A stretch of DNA of 64,000 nucleotides, from assembly GCF_006345805.1 (NCBI RefSeq), contig NC_043001.1:117924001-117988000 (forward strand), given 5' to 3'. Within the stretch, counting starts at the first letter, position 1. Each line of letters opens with the position of its first letter. Positions 62,067 to 64,000 of the stretch are shown piece after piece. Position numbers and translations under genes: made by a program. This DNA is from Octopus sinensis (Eukaryota). The notes below the pieces were generated by a model, which saw only the letters and a program-made list of their open reading frames with translations, was not told the origin of the DNA and made no database searches.

Positions 62067-62714
62067 ATGTTCATCACACTGTCTCCAAAAGAGATCCGCT
62101 ACACTCAAGATTCTATTTCTTCATGTTTTCAAAATGGAAACGAAATACAAGATCTTATTTCAGACATTATCAAGGGTCAAACCACAATTAATGAAATTCG
62201 AACAATCAGAGTTTTCCTTAAAGATGAGAAACATTATAGTGTAGACAATAGGAGACTTTACGTGTTCAAAGAAGTGCAACGGTTAAAGCAGCCATATTTG
62301 AGGATAGGAGTCAAATTAATAGACGAAGCTGATTTTGACGCAGCTAAGTTCACTACAACGAGCGATGGTTTATATATAAAAGTAAGAAAGGGACCTACAA
62401 ATAGAGTACCTAAACATACAACTGCGCCGACAAATATATATTCGTTTAGCGCAAGTCCCAGAAGAACTACATATGATGAAAGTCCCAGAACTGCATATGA
62501 AGCAAGTCCCAGACCTACTTATGAAGCAAGTCCCAGACCTACTTATGAAGCAAGTACCAGAACTACTTATGCAACTGGATCTAGTTTCTCCAGTAGCTAT
62601 GGAACGGATAACGTTTACAGACTGGACACTCCAAGAGTTCCGAATATTATACGTAAAGAACCCACAAAGCCAACACCAGAGAAATCCGATGATTCTTGGT
62701 GTGTAATTCTTTAA
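62067..62714 (+). CDS. ParB/sulfiredoxin-like domain protein with 8-aa repeats and C-terminal CaaX (CVIL), 215 aa from the first ATG
   Basis: LSPKEIRYTQDSISSCF..IIKG..IRTIRV..YSVDNRRLYVFK motif series; repeats (T/P)(T/A)Y(D/E)(E/A)S(P/T)R x4; WCVIL*; polypyrimidine tract + CAG acceptor at 62026; AATAAA at 62960. Confidence 0.8.
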   Translation: MFITLSPKEIRYTQDSISSCFQNGNEIQDLISDIIKGQTTINEIRTIRVFLKDEKHYSVDNRRLYVFKEVQRLKQPYLRIGVKLIDEADFDAAKFTTTSDGLYIKVRKGPTNRVPKHTTAPTNIYSFSASPRRTTYDESPRTAYEASPRPTYEASPRPTYEASTRTTYATGSSFSSSYGTDNVYRLDTPRVPNIIRKEPTKPTPEKSDDSWCVIL

Positions 62715-63809
62715 ACAGTCATCCTGATGCTACTGACTCAAAGGAATATCAATTTTAATTTTCTTGAATTTTGCTTGTTTTATTTGAGACGAAAATGGAA
62801 CTTAAATTTAAATCTCTGATACTACGGATGTGAAGTAAGAACCTTCTAGTTTTCTTTACCTTTTTGGTAAAATTCTACCACCCCAACCCCACATTTTACA
62901 ACAAAAAAAAAAGATTTAAAGTTACCGGTTTTCTTTTTACCTTTCATATTTTTACGGATAATAAAATACATGCGAAGCAAAATATTCAACAAAACACTTC
63001 ACAATGTATACAAATGGTATAAATATTGAAAAAGAAAAAAGAAAATATTAGAAATATTGGGATTTTAATTAAGTTTTCTTTATATATTCAAATTAATCAT
63101 TTAAACGATTTTACTGGTAAATTATGACAAACGGAATAAAATTTGAACATTATCGAAGGGAAGTCGTTCTATCCTCAGACACAGGAAAGCAACAATTGAC
63201 CTTTCATTTATTCTTTTGTCAAGTTATATAAAACATTATATATATATATATATATATATATATAATGTGTGTGTGTATGTATGTATGTATAAAAGGGACC
63301 GAGGTAAAAGAATACGCACACCACCCGTTTACGAAGTAACAAGGACCCTAGCCCCTAACACTGGTTGTACGTGTCCTTTACTTTCGCCATAAAAGGTTTT
63401 TGTTTCATTTAAACAATTTTAAAACGTCTAAATTATAAGTTTATCATTTAATAAACCTCCCCACACGCGGCAAAAGAGTTTCAACCTCTCTGTTACCAAC
63501 GAAAACGATAAGCTTCCTCGATATTATTATTGTGTAACCAGAAGCTTGTTACTTTTAAACGTTCTGGGGGGAAAAAAAACTTCCTTTTCTACACACCCAT
63601 ATTTTTCTTTTTCTTTTTGTTAATGTGTACATCTTAACCTTATGGGGTCATTCATATCGATTCATTTCAAGATGACAACGCCGTTACATAGCAATACTGA
63701 TTACACCCACAAAGGAATCTAAAAAAAAAGATTTTTTGCTTCGAAGTACCCTGAACTCCCAATATGCCACAAATCTCCCTTTTTTTATTTTCAGAAACAA
63801 AATTTCTTT

Positions 63810-64000
63810 ATAATCCGAAAGCATGCCCTTTGAAAGGTATTTCTATAAAATTTCATTGAAAAAAAACCATTTTCCTAAAAGTTATGTGGGAAAAACTCGG
63901 ATTTCGTGAATTTTCCGAAGTCCTTTCCCCATCCCCGTTGGAAAAGATTTTCCTCACAAATTTCTTTATAATCGTAATCTATGCTGTTTGAAAGGTATTT
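63810..64000 (+). repeat. ~156-bp repeat copies, nearly identical to 60656-60850 (runs off the window)
   Basis: Three substitutions counted over ~190 bp compared with 60656-60850. Confidence 0.9.

Overview
Eukaryotic, AT-rich, repeat-saturated genomic DNA with abundant (TA)n/(CA)n microsatellites. It is most likely cephalopod (Octopus-like); this is inferred from the tRNA-SINE and LINE families and the microsatellite density, not from a database search. Most of the window is transposon debris: several CR1/L2-group LINEs (one near full length with an unusual Myb/SANT + 2xCCCH ORF1, and a 1355-aa in-frame RT-EN-RT chimera), the 3' end of a Tx1/L1 LINE, Penelope-like remnants with several hammerhead-ribozyme motifs, tRNA-SINEs sharing their 3' tail with the CR1 LINE, Tc1/mariner and Merlin DNA transposons, non-autonomous Helitrons, and satellites (538, 156 and 52 bp), plus fold-back inversions. 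The one convincing non-TE coding sequence is at 62067-62714 (+). It encodes a ParB/sulfiredoxin-like domain with an 8-aa repeat tail and a C-terminal CaaX box (CVIL), and sits in a ~3.15-kb cassette bounded by near-identical direct repeats. A weak minus-strand host-gene exon model lies at 12.3-14.5 kb. No prokaryotic genes or CRISPR arrays were found. TE boundaries are approximate, and all family names come from motif recognition without tools.
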